A stretch of 64,000 bases of DNA from assembly GCA_963707955.1 (NCBI GenBank), contig OY970176.1, forward strand, positions 128,001-192,000, in the 5' to 3' direction. The position numbers and the translations under genes are program-made. Below, piece by piece: positions 29,692-38,492 of the stretch (positions within the stretch are counted from its first letter, which is position 1; each line of letters starts with the position of its first letter). The stretch comes from Candidatus Bathyarchaeota archaeon (GTDB taxonomy: Archaea; Thermoproteota; Bathyarchaeia; Bathyarchaeales; Bathycorpusculaceae). The notes beneath the pieces were generated by a model that had not been told where the DNA came from, did no database searches, and was given only the letters and a program-made list of their open reading frames with translations.

Positions 29692-30210
29692 TCAAGACTC
29701 ATTGAGTAAACTAGAAAACTCGGCGAGCAGAATCCGAACGACGTTATTTTTCAGAAGTGCGTGTCGTTGTCTCGCGCGTCCTATGGGGCTGAAAGGCGGA
29801 AAACGTTTCAGTTCTCCCGCTAAGAATGTTTCCGCCGCCTTCACAAACATGTTGAACTTCCCCCTAGACGGTTCTGGAAACATCTGACCCGCATAGACGA
29901 GTAACTCGTAAGACTTCTCAGGATCGCCGTAAACAAGTTCGGCTGTGACTTCCCGAGCCACACTCAACAATTCTGCTCGCAAGTCGTTCTGAATCAAAGC
30001 TGATGGTTCTGTTTCATGGTTTGACTCTGAGACTTCGCTCTTCTTAGGCTTGAACGATTCTTCCAAACATCTGTCAAGTTGCCTCAGTTTAGTCGAATCT
30101 TTCGTTAGGTTATTCTCAAGTCGAATCAGTTTTCTAAGAAGGTCTCTGTCCAAATCAGGGTACTTGAGTCTGTATTTTTCAACGAGTTGAGAGACAGTTG
30201 TGTCGCGCAT
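29692..30210 (-). CDS. Hypothetical helical protein (possible regulator)
   Basis: 172-aa ORF divergent from the AbrB-led operon. Confidence 0.6.
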   Translation of the reverse strand: MRDTTVSQLVEKYRLKYPDLDRDLLRKLIRLENNLTKDSTKLRQLDRCLEESFKPKKSEVSESNHETEPSALIQNDLRAELLSVAREVTAELVYGDPEKSYELLVYAGQMFPEPSRGKFNMFVKAAETFLAGELKRFPPFSPIGRARQRHALLKNNVVRILLAEFSSLLNES

Positions 30211-30246
30211 ACTGACATTTCTCCAACGATTTTCCGTGAAGTCAGA

Positions 30247-30297
30247 GACATTTTAATGTCGGTGAACGGTGATATAAACGTTCGTACATATCACTGT
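30247..30297. promoter_or_regulatory. Divergent promoter with two operators
   Basis: GACATT-TT-AATGTC (30247-30260) and ACGGTGATAT..ATATCACTGT (30266-30297, 9/10) spanning TATA-like GATATAAA. Confidence 0.55.
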
Positions 30298-30312
30298 CTT
30301 GGTGAACAAAAA

Positions 30313-30498
30313 ATGCCGTCTGAAGAAATTCACAAAGTCATCCGACTTGGCCATTCTCTTGTTGTTGTGCTTCCGAAACCTTGGACTACATATTTCAAGT
30401 TAACCGACAAAGACAAAGTCCGCGTCATCTGCAACGGTTCTGTTCAAATCAGCATTATGAAACCTCAACCCAACGAGGAGAGTGCGCCACATGACTGA
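30313..30498 (+). CDS. AbrB/MazE/SpoVT-like DNA-binding protein
   Basis: KVIRLGHSLVVVLPKPW..FKLTDKDKV; ATG at 30313. Confidence 0.8.
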   Translation: MPSEEIHKVIRLGHSLVVVLPKPWTTYFKLTDKDKVRVICNGSVQISIMKPQPNEESAPHD

Positions 30499-30589
30499 AG
30501 ACTCAACCGAACGACGTGAGATCATTAAACGCCTTCAAGACTCCACGAAAGAACTGCTCGCGAAAATTGACAAGATTCTGACCGAGTGA
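30491..30589 (+). CDS. 32-aa helical peptide (absent from the ORF track)
   Basis: MTEDSTERREIIKRLQDSTKELLAKIDKILTE; SD-like GAGGAG upstream; overlaps the abrB stop. Confidence 0.5.
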   Translation: MTEDSTERREIIKRLQDSTKELLAKIDKILTE

Positions 30590-30607
30590 GTACACGGCGG
30601 CGGAATC

Positions 30608-30727
30608 ATGGGCGAATCTCTTGAGGGATGTATTGGTTTCTACGGACATCCGTTGCCGCCGAACAAGTGCAAGACGTGCCGCGAACGCGACTTATGTAGA
30701 CGTACGACAAAGGCGGCGAGAAAATGA
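30608..30727 (+). CDS. 39-aa four-Cys peptide (absent from the ORF track)
   Basis: C-IGFYG..CKTC-x5-C; ATGA overlap with the primase start. Confidence 0.55.
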   Translation: MGESLEGCIGFYGHPLPPNKCKTCRERDLCRRTTKAARK

Positions 30728-31764
30728 CTGAGGAAGAAACTGTCAGGTTGATAGGCGAACTCTTTGTTGCGAGAAGAGATTGTCACTGCGTTCAGACACA
30801 ACACGGATACGTAAAAATCGATGAACCTTTAACCGACGATATCCTCAGAGAACACGTTCAAGGGAAGAAAACCCTCGGTAGTTATCAGCTCACGAAAGAC
30901 AGTCACGTAAAGTGGTTGTGTTTTGACTTTGACCCTGAGAAACTACACGATCCGAAAGAGGCGGTTCTGAAGGTTCTCAAAGTTTGTTCTGAAGAGAAAG
31001 GAGACACAGATGGAAAGAAGACACCGCGAATCTTTCCGAAAGCAATCTTGTTAGAGGCAAGTCGTTTTCCTGATCCGTCTTATCACGTTTGGGTATTGTT
31101 TCAACCTGACGTACCCGCTAAGGTTGCTCACTGGCTCGGACTCAGAATGTTAGAACTCGGAAGTCTGAACCCTAAAGAAGTCGAGGTCTTTCCGAAACAA
31201 ACAGAGCTTTCAGTTGATAGGCCGTTTGGGAACTTTGTCAAACTACCGTGTGGCTTTCATCAGGTAGAAAAGAAGTGGTCTCGGTTTCTTGATCCGTCAA
31301 CCTTTGAACCCTTGTCTCTCTCGATACTCAGTGACGTTCAAGGGATAAACTTCCTTGAGTCCGACTTGAAAGAGATAGAGGCGTTTGAAGAGAAGAGACA
31401 CGTTCAAGTCACGTTTACTCTCCCACAAGAACGCGAACCGTTGAAAGACAAAGAGGAAGAACGCATCGCACGGTTTCTCGCGAAATACTGGCGACAACCC
31501 ACACCAGATAATAAAAGCGGAAACAGAAACTATCTTGAAATGGCCTTTCTCGGATGGGCGATCAAAAAAGGCATACCATTCGAGTCCGCATACAGAATCG
31601 TTGAACAAGTCACGACTCTGACTTCAGACGAGGAACGTGAACAGAGACTTCAACTTGTTCGGTATCACTATCAGAACCGACGAAACATCGGGTCGAACCT
31701 TCTCGGCATCAGCGGTTTGAAAGAAGTCATAGGGGAAACTCTGACGGAGGGTCTGACGACATGA
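30724..31764 (+). CDS. Archaeo-eukaryotic primase (prim-pol) with PriCT-like C-terminus
   Basis: CFDFD (motif I), YHVW (motif II), VFPKQ..GNFVKLP, C-terminal GNRN helical domain. Confidence 0.8.
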   Translation: MTEEETVRLIGELFVARRDCHCVQTQHGYVKIDEPLTDDILREHVQGKKTLGSYQLTKDSHVKWLCFDFDPEKLHDPKEAVLKVLKVCSEEKGDTDGKKTPRIFPKAILLEASRFPDPSYHVWVLFQPDVPAKVAHWLGLRMLELGSLNPKEVEVFPKQTELSVDRPFGNFVKLPCGFHQVEKKWSRFLDPSTFEPLSLSILSDVQGINFLESDLKEIEAFEEKRHVQVTFTLPQEREPLKDKEEERIARFLAKYWRQPTPDNKSGNRNYLEMAFLGWAIKKGIPFESAYRIVEQVTTLTSDEEREQRLQLVRYHYQNRRNIGSNLLGISGLKEVIGETLTEGLTT

Positions 31765-33593
31765 GTGCGCGTGAACTTGAACACGCCGAACAATCTGAAA
31801 GATCAAGACTCTTACAAGCTCAGCCGCATGTTCTACATCCCGCTGGCGGCATCTATGAAAACTTTGTCTACGAACCCATCTCCGCGAGAGAATATGTCTG
31901 GGCGACGATAGAAGGCCACAAAGGGATCAGTCAGAAACAGACCGAGTATGAAGATGATGAACATCAGAAAAGACCTCACTTCTCAATCAACATCGACGGA
32001 CAGCGTTATTATTTCTCTCGAAGTCCGCCGTTAGGATGGATTTTTAATCTTCCGAACAGAGACGCCGTTGACAGTTGGGTCTACGGACAGAAGACAAGTC
32101 TGAACTTAACGGACTTGTGGAAACTGAATCGAGTGTTTCTCCAGACGTTCATCGACCTTCCGAAAGTCTACGAGTACGACACCGCATTGTTATTCATCAG
32201 TGAGTCATGGTTGATAGACTTGCTCAACGTAGTTTTCTATGCTGATTGTGAAGGCGCGTTCGGAGGCGGTAAAACCGTCTTAGCAGAAGCACTATCGCAT
32301 GTCTGCAAACACGGATATTTAACAGGAAACTTGAGTCCATCGTTTATCGCGCGTGCGACTGAAGAACAGAAAATCACACTGATGGTCGATGAGCTTGACA
32401 GTGTAGCTGGAACGAAAGACTCAGACTTGAACAGCATTTTCCGTCAGGGTTACAGACGCGGCACAAAGTACAGTCGAGTGAACCCTGACAGTTTAATGAT
32501 TGAGACGTTTGAAATCTTCGGCTGTAAATTCTTCACTGTTCACGACGAGGCAGAACAAGCACTTCAAACTAGAACGGTTCCTCATCACACTAGAGAAACG
32601 ATTGATGCGGCTTATCCGATTATAGGCTCTGACAAACTCTCTTTCGCGAGAGATGTCTACACTGAAAACTTTCTCTGGTACATGGATAACATTCTACTCT
32701 TACGCGACAGCGCCACAAACATGTTCAGCGGTTCAAACGGTCTATTTGACACACTTGACCAACTTAACCTAAAAATAGGCGACCCTGATATCTCTGAACA
32801 TCCCAAGAAAATTCGGGCATGGTTATTTTCTGAACGTAAGAGGGCCTTGAAAAACAATCAAGTCGAACAAGTGTGTCAAGTCAGTGGTCGAAACACGGAA
32901 CTGATGTATCTCTGCTTTGCTCTTGCAGACACTATCGGGGTAAACTGCGACGACTCTATTGTTCAAGCGTTCGCGCAGAAACAAATCGAAGAAGGCGAAA
33001 GAACTGAACTCGGCTATCTCGGTATCTTGAAAGATGTGCTCGCGACAAAGTACAGCGAGAAGAAAGCCTTCAACGCGAAACTACGCATGAGTTACACAAC
33101 GTCAGACGGACTGATCAAGATCAGCAATAAAGAACTCTACGACACGCTCAACGAGAAATTGAAACAAGAAGTCGGTCAAGGTGTGTCGCCTGCGACGTTC
33201 AAAGGATACATGACTGAGTTCGGTTTCACTGACGGTCTGAACAGAATTAAACTGGAAGTGCCGATACCGAGCGATAAACCCGACGACGACCCAACGTCGA
33301 GACTGTGCAACATCTTCACAGGTCACGTCTTGCGGAAACTCGGAATAGAAGAGAAGGAACAACATCACGGTAATAATGACGGAAGCTACAAGGCCGAGGG
33401 TTCTGCGGAAGAACCCTGCAAACTCAATGATTTGACGTCGGTCTACTTCACACAAGACCGCGCTAAGAAACTATGCGGTGTCTGCGGATACGAGAAAGAA
33501 ACTTCTTGGGAAACTATCACGGTTAAGTCGCAGACAATCGCGATTTGCGAGGACTGCGCTCAGCAGTTCGCGAAGGAGAGAGATAAAGCATGA
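31761..33593 (+). CDS. Primase-associated P-loop NTPase (helicase-like) with C-terminal zinc finger
   Basis: Walker A GAFGGGKT, Walker B LMVDE, GYRRG, CGVC..CEDC; ATGA-coupled to the primase. Confidence 0.75.
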   Translation: MSARELEHAEQSERSRLLQAQPHVLHPAGGIYENFVYEPISAREYVWATIEGHKGISQKQTEYEDDEHQKRPHFSINIDGQRYYFSRSPPLGWIFNLPNRDAVDSWVYGQKTSLNLTDLWKLNRVFLQTFIDLPKVYEYDTALLFISESWLIDLLNVVFYADCEGAFGGGKTVLAEALSHVCKHGYLTGNLSPSFIARATEEQKITLMVDELDSVAGTKDSDLNSIFRQGYRRGTKYSRVNPDSLMIETFEIFGCKFFTVHDEAEQALQTRTVPHHTRETIDAAYPIIGSDKLSFARDVYTENFLWYMDNILLLRDSATNMFSGSNGLFDTLDQLNLKIGDPDISEHPKKIRAWLFSERKRALKNNQVEQVCQVSGRNTELMYLCFALADTIGVNCDDSIVQAFAQKQIEEGERTELGYLGILKDVLATKYSEKKAFNAKLRMSYTTSDGLIKISNKELYDTLNEKLKQEVGQGVSPATFKGYMTEFGFTDGLNRIKLEVPIPSDKPDDDPTSRLCNIFTGHVLRKLGIEEKEQHHGNNDGSYKAEGSAEEPCKLNDLTSVYFTQDRAKKLCGVCGYEKETSWETITVKSQTIAICEDCAQQFAKERDKA

Positions 33594-33997
33594 TTGAGAC
33601 TTCGCCGCTACCGAATGTTGAACCATGCTGTTGGGAAATTGACCGTGCGCATGGAACTCTGTTCTATGTAGACGAAGGCGTCGAATATAGAGTTATCAAG
33701 TCCACGATCATCGCGAACGGAACGCACGACTTATGTGTCGCAGTCAAAGACGACGGTTCTCCAACGATTCGGAAACTCTGCGAAACGCCGAAAAACAAAG
33801 TCATGATGACAAGCAAGTACGATTTTCTCTGGGTTAAATTTGAGAAACCTGTACGAGGCACACAGTGGTGCCTCATCACTGAAATAACCCCTGACGTGAA
33901 AAGGATGCTTGACTTAGTGATGCCGTTCATGAAGACAGAGATGAAAGGTGATTTGTTTGACATGTACGCGCGAGACGTGTACGCGGTGAAAACATGA
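33590..33997 (+). CDS. Hypothetical protein (element)
   Basis: ATGA overlaps at both ends. Confidence 0.6.
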   Translation: MIETSPLPNVEPCCWEIDRAHGTLFYVDEGVEYRVIKSTIIANGTHDLCVAVKDDGSPTIRKLCETPKNKVMMTSKYDFLWVKFEKPVRGTQWCLITEITPDVKRMLDLVMPFMKTEMKGDLFDMYARDVYAVKT

Positions 33998-34401
33998 GTA
34001 GAGGTCTCGGAGAACTGCAAAGAAGAATAATTGAACGACTGAAGGTTAGAAAACCTGAGGATGGAATGTTCTATCATTTTGAAACTTCACTAAGCCTTGA
34101 AAGAACTGTTGATAACGGATGGCACAGTCTTGGAAATCTGATAGGAGAAGTTCAAGATGATTCGGCGACACACAACATAGAAGGCAAAGATTATGATTGG
34201 AGTAAACTAACGGTATCGGACAGACAGTCTTTTTGGCGCGCGATTCGCAACTTGGAGAAAAAGCATCTGATTGAATCGCAGTTCTTTGAGAGAATGTCGC
34301 TTCATCGCGTGTGTTCGGACGAACATAGGAGGGGCGGGGTAAGCAGAGTGAAGGCTATACGTTTAGTTCATATCCGTCACACATATGAACTAAACTCTTA
34401 G
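33994..34401 (+). CDS. Hypothetical winged-helix-like protein (element)
   Basis: MSRGLGELQRRI..RQSFWRAIRNLEKKHLI resembles a wHTH recognition helix. Confidence 0.55.
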   Translation: MSRGLGELQRRIIERLKVRKPEDGMFYHFETSLSLERTVDNGWHSLGNLIGEVQDDSATHNIEGKDYDWSKLTVSDRQSFWRAIRNLEKKHLIESQFFERMSLHRVCSDEHRRGGVSRVKAIRLVHIRHTYELNS

Positions 34402-34440
34402 GAGATAAAGAGAAAATGACGCTTAGAGGCAACCGAAAAC

Positions 34441-34737
34441 TTGAAATTGAAACAAAACCTCAATAGTCTACCGTTGACGGTGAACACTACGCCACATCGT
34501 TACCGAATCAGCACGCGAATAATGACAAAATTGTGTCACCGACTCGGACACTCTTTAACATGTTTCAGTTGCGCGCAACCGATTTTAGTCGGCGACGACG
34601 TTGTGACAAAGCGCGCTGGAAGAATACAAAGCGCACGCGTTTATCATCAAACTTGTTTTGACAAATTGTTCATAGACATTCCCGACTCAGAAGTCGAGGC
34701 GGAAGTTGAGGCGATGGAACTTGAGATCACAGCGTAG
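34441..34737 (+). CDS. Small zinc-finger protein (element)
   Basis: CFSC..I..GD..YHQTC (CxxC..HxxC); acidic tail; start uncertain. Confidence 0.6.
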   Translation: MKLKQNLNSLPLTVNTTPHRYRISTRIMTKLCHRLGHSLTCFSCAQPILVGDDVVTKRAGRIQSARVYHQTCFDKLFIDIPDSEVEAEVEAMELEITA

Positions 34738-34815
34738 ACTTGACTACTCTGAAAAGGTGTTCGGATTTCTCGGAAGAGAGACACCGAATTATCGGCGGAA
34801 GCGGAGGCGTTACTC

Positions 34816-35187
34816 TTGAAGAAACCGATCAGAGTCACAAGTCTAGAACTCGGAATCAACGACCGACTTTTGAACGTTCCGAATCTTGAACTCATCAACA
34901 AACTTGCGCGCGACAACGATACACTATTAGAGACAGATGCCGCGTTTTGGTTGTTCAAAGATAATCTTGCTTTTCGGTGCTTGAAAGAATCGGCGAAACC
35001 TCTGACGTTCCACTGTACTGATCTTCAGATTAATCCTGATTCATGCAGAGTTCGCGCGACGATCAGTGTTGAGGAAATGTTTGCTCACAGTCTCAAAAAT
35101 GAGATTCCATTGCTTGAAACTGCTTCGGAATATTACATCTGCGGTGACGTGACTCTTGTCGCGAAGAAACCGAAAGGAGGCGAGTGA
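34816..35187 (+). CDS. Hypothetical protein (element)
   Basis: TTG start after GGAGG; co-directional with the cluster. Confidence 0.55.
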   Translation: MKKPIRVTSLELGINDRLLNVPNLELINKLARDNDTLLETDAAFWLFKDNLAFRCLKESAKPLTFHCTDLQINPDSCRVRATISVEEMFAHSLKNEIPLLETASEYYICGDVTLVAKKPKGGE

Positions 35188-35189
35188 TC

Positions 35190-35270
35190 ATGGGCAGAAA
35201 CAGAGGCCTAAGAAGTTCGGGAAGACATAGTTCAAACATGTCAAAACGGAAGAACCGAGTCAGCAAGTAA
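35190..35270 (+). CDS. 26-aa highly basic peptide (absent from the ORF track)
   Basis: MGRNRGLRSSGRHSSNMSKRKNRVSK; GGAGG upstream; fills the gap between neighbouring genes. Confidence 0.45.
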   Translation: MGRNRGLRSSGRHSSNMSKRKNRVSK

Positions 35271-35283
35271 GAGGTGAGAAAAC

Positions 35284-35712
35284 ATGGCTGAAGAATCTGA
35301 TAAAATCGGCTGGACTACACCGACTTATACGTCTATTATCTGTTTTCAACTGAGGCAAGTTCTCGAAACGCGCGCAGACGGCGATCCGATTCAAAGTTTC
35401 GTCGTCATGCGAGACCTGATTCTACTTTTACCGCCTGAGATCAGTTTGAAACTTGTTGAGAATGACATCACACACATCAACCAAAGACTCGGCACGATCG
35501 ACGATGCCGCCGCAGATATAATTCTCAAAAAAGCGTTCAACTCAACACAAACAAGAAAAATCTTAGCGGAAGAAAATCTCGCATTGTTTCAGAAAGTTAT
35601 GCTTGAACTGCATAAGAGTGGACTGTTGATCGAACACATCTCGCCGCGTTACAAAGCGCCGAAAGAATCCGTCGGTCAACATCAAGAGAACACCGCGCCG
35701 AAACAAGAGTGA
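35284..35712 (+). CDS. Hypothetical helical protein (element)
   Basis: SD GAGGTGA; 4-nt overlap with the ATPase. Confidence 0.65.
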   Translation: MAEESDKIGWTTPTYTSIICFQLRQVLETRADGDPIQSFVVMRDLILLLPPEISLKLVENDITHINQRLGTIDDAAADIILKKAFNSTQTRKILAEENLALFQKVMLELHKSGLLIEHISPRYKAPKESVGQHQENTAPKQE

Positions 35713-36686
35713 CCCTCATGGTTCTTGAACAACAGAAGTATGATCCCACAAAACGATTCGTTATTCCAGAAGACTGCATCTTGTTCAAAGACGTGTTCGA
35801 CACGGTTCTCGAAGACAAGTGGGCGTTCATGGTGATCTGGGGGCCTCAGAGAACAGGAAAGAGTACGTGTGCGTTGTGGATTCCGTACTTCTTTTGGCGA
35901 ATGAAAGAACCTGACTTGAGTGAGAACGAGATTTGGGAACGCGTGTACGACGCGATCGTGTTCAACCTTGAGCAACTCATCTATAAGATTCAGGACAAGA
36001 CTATGCAGAGAGTTTGGGACTGGAAGGCGAGACATCGGCGAATACCGATCATCGTTTGGGATGACTTTGGAGTCTCTTCAAACAAAGCTGTCACTCAGCA
36101 TCTTGAAGCATGGGATCATTTTAAAGGTTCTTTCGACGCGCTAGGCACAGAGTTCGGCGTTATCGTCGCGACTATGGCGAGTCCTGAAGAACCCACTCTT
36201 CAGCTTGAGAACAAAATTACAGCGGAGATCATGGTTGAAAATCGCGGAACATACAAATATGATAAAGTTGTTTGGCAACAAGACTTCAAAGGTTGGAGTC
36301 CGAGACATTCAAAGAATTGGATGCAGACACATAGTTTCGCTGAGATTCCTATTGAACGGTTCAAGCCGTATGACGATCTCAGATTGTCTCTCGCGGCCGA
36401 GGCGATTGAGCGTATTCAAAATTCAATGACTCAGCAAACCCCGAACATTCTGAAACGACTCAACGCTGACGATATTGTGACTCTTCAGGAACTTGTTGAT
36501 CGTGGAGAGATGACTGAGTGGAAACGTCGAGACTGGTTCAAGGGGGAACGGAAAAACATTGAAGTGAAACTGAAGGCTCATCAGCTTGTCACGATTGTTC
36601 CACGCGGAACGGTGCATCATCTTGACATAACCGCGTACGGACTTGACGTTCTCAACGAATGGAAACGAAAGCAAGAAACCACGTAA
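35709..36686 (+). CDS. P-loop ATPase (viral/Zot-like) with C-terminal winged helix
   Basis: Walker A GPQRTGKS, Walker B IIVWDD, C-terminal KLKAHQLV..ITAYG. Confidence 0.75.
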   Translation: MTLMVLEQQKYDPTKRFVIPEDCILFKDVFDTVLEDKWAFMVIWGPQRTGKSTCALWIPYFFWRMKEPDLSENEIWERVYDAIVFNLEQLIYKIQDKTMQRVWDWKARHRRIPIIVWDDFGVSSNKAVTQHLEAWDHFKGSFDALGTEFGVIVATMASPEEPTLQLENKITAEIMVENRGTYKYDKVVWQQDFKGWSPRHSKNWMQTHSFAEIPIERFKPYDDLRLSLAAEAIERIQNSMTQQTPNILKRLNADDIVTLQELVDRGEMTEWKRRDWFKGERKNIEVKLKAHQLVTIVPRGTVHHLDITAYGLDVLNEWKRKQETT

Positions 36687-36693
36687 TCAAGAC

Positions 36694-36963
36694 TCAAGTT
36701 TCCGTTTTCTCTTCAGCTCTCAGTCGAAACTCTTTCGTCTTGAAATCATAGACGTATTGTGAATCATCAGGAACGTCTAGGATCAGTCTTAGATAAGTGT
36801 CATGAATCCACTCTTTCTGACATTTCAGACAAGCATATCGATACTCATGATAGACTGGCGCGACGTTTGGTTCACGAATGTCTTTCGGATAGAACGGCTT
36901 TCCGACTTCTATACAGACAGAATCACAGTCAGGACACTTGAAAGGCTTCTTCATTCGCGTCAT
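36694..36963 (-). CDS. Small zinc-ribbon protein (element)
   Basis: CPDC..YACLKCQKEW. Confidence 0.65.
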   Translation of the reverse strand: MTRMKKPFKCPDCDSVCIEVGKPFYPKDIREPNVAPVYHEYRYACLKCQKEWIHDTYLRLILDVPDDSQYVYDFKTKEFRLRAEEKTET

Positions 36964-36970
36964 TCTTAGC

Positions 36971-37618
36971 TCACCGTTTTCTCAACAGCTTCGGAAAGTA
37001 GTCCAGATAATCCGCGCTCAGGTCTTGATACCGTTGCATCACACTTGTTATTCGCGGATCAGCCGTCCTCATAGTCCAGCCGCAGTACGCGGCGAGTTCA
37101 TCCGCATGAAAGTGATAGAACCGTCGAAGTTCCGTCGCGCGCAGATGTCGGAGACTGTGAAGAGTGAACGGTCTGACATGTCTTTCAACCTTAGCATGAC
37201 CAGTTATCTTGTACGGTTCAATCGGACACTTGAAACCTTCAAACGTCGGTTGAGCATCCTTCCATACTTTCTGACGCGTGAACGGAAACACAAACTCGGT
37301 CTTAACGTCTTTGAAATAGTTGTACAGCGGCAACGCCCATGGTTCACACTCAGTCGGCAACGCGATGATTCGTTCTAGCCCTTTCCGTTTAGCTGTGCGA
37401 ACTTTGAAAAGTACCGCGTCATGTCCCTCTATCTGATCGAGACTCGCATCCGTTCCGCGTGGGCCTCGCGCAACGGTCATGTCGCTCGGGCTTACTTTAC
37501 CGACAACTTCACTGATTCTTCCCGCGTATAGAAACGCGGTTCTCAAAACCATGCTTGTCGGTACGTCATTTATTCCGTCTATTCTCTTGCGAACTTCACG
37601 GACAGTTGGGAGACTCAT
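36971..37618 (-). CDS. Minimal tyrosine recombinase (Int2), catalytic domain only
   Basis: AGRISE (R), TAK (K), HSLRH (HxxR), CGW (W variant), RY (Tyr); 215 aa. Confidence 0.88.
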   Translation of the reverse strand: MSLPTVREVRKRIDGINDVPTSMVLRTAFLYAGRISEVVGKVSPSDMTVARGPRGTDASLDQIEGHDAVLFKVRTAKRKGLERIIALPTECEPWALPLYNYFKDVKTEFVFPFTRQKVWKDAQPTFEGFKCPIEPYKITGHAKVERHVRPFTLHSLRHLRATELRRFYHFHADELAAYCGWTMRTADPRITSVMQRYQDLSADYLDYFPKLLRKR

Positions 37619-37651
37619 ATCCGCAGAGTAGTACGGTTCTCACATTTAAAG

Positions 37652-37676
37652 TTTACAGTTTATTACAAACTGTAAA
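37652..37676. other. Candidate recombination (res/lox-like) or operator site
   Basis: Perfect TTTACAGTTT-ATTAC-AAACTGTAAA abutting the Int2 TATA box (TTTAAA 37645-37650). Confidence 0.6.
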
Positions 37677-37786
37677 AGACCGTGTTCAAGAACAAATCGA
37701 ACGGAGATTCTAACTCTATTAGGATCATCTATGAATCTATTTTATGAGTAGTGCTTGAATCGGACAGTTTCAAAAGAACTTGAGAC

Positions 37787-38068
37787 TCAGAGACATTCGA
37801 TTTTGCCGTGAACGAACTCGACGACGCGTTCAAGTTCTTCTAGGGCTGACGGCGTTTGCTCTTTCCAGTAGTGTCTCGCGGCGGCCTTCAATACGACATC
37901 TTGATAGAGCATGATTTCGCGGAAGTTTGTCATCACCATGAGTTCTCTAGTCTCAGGATCGTCGGCGAGTAGAACATCAGTCAACTGGTCACAATCTTGA
38001 GGCGAACATGTCTCCGCGCGTTTTCTGTCAGAATAGAAGCATTGATAACACGGTAGTTCTGTTTTCAT
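37787..38068 (-). CDS. Small Cys-containing hypothetical protein (element)
   Basis: CYQC-x10-C-x4-C. Confidence 0.55.
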   Translation of the reverse strand: MKTELPCYQCFYSDRKRAETCSPQDCDQLTDVLLADDPETRELMVMTNFREIMLYQDVVLKAAARHYWKEQTPSALEELERVVEFVHGKIECL

Positions 38069-38240
38069 GCAGAACGCCCTTGCGTACTGTTTTGTGAGTT
38101 CTGGATTTAAAGTTTCGCGATTGATTCAAAGCGCAAAGTTTAAGAATCTTCCAAAGCAGTTTCCGTTTACACGTCAAGAATGGAAACTGCTCAAAGCGTA
38201 CGGTGACAAGTCCAAACGGCGACCTATACTAGACAATAGT

Positions 38241-38268
38241 TTGTCTAATTAGGTAGTCTATGCTTATA
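38241..38268. repeat. attR candidate: arm TTGTCTAATTAG plus core ATGCTTATA (also the tRNA TATA box)
   Basis: Matches attL; core lies about 40 nt upstream of the mature tRNA-Ala. Confidence 0.7.
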
Positions 38269-38307
38269 GCTTGTCATAAACGGTTAAGTTGCAGAAACAA
38301 CGTCAAC

Positions 38308-38385
38308 GGGCGGGTAGATCAGCCTGGTACGATCGCCACGTTGGCATCGTGGAGGCCCCGGGTTCAAATCCCGGCCCGTCCACCA
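38308..38385 (+). tRNA. tRNA-Ala(GGC)
   Basis: GGGCGGG/CCCGTCC acceptor with G3.U70, anticodon arm CCACG-TTGGCAT-CGTGG, GGTTCAAATCC, encoded CCA. Confidence 0.97.
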
Positions 38386-38492
38386 GAAACTTGCCGTTGT
38401 CTCTTATGAGTCCCATCTGTCATGGAATAAGGTTCCGAAGAGTCAGAAATTGACGACAAAGTTAAGAGTATAACACAATTTAATTTTTAACG

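Larger units (their letters stand above)
28481..38268. mobile_element. ~9.8-kb integrated plasmid/virus-like element between glnA and tRNA-Ala
   Basis: Tyrosine recombinase at each end, AbrB regulator, AEP primase, two P-loop NTPases and many orphan ORFs. Bounded by the direct repeat ATGCTTATA with internal terminal inverted repeats. Confidence 0.85.
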
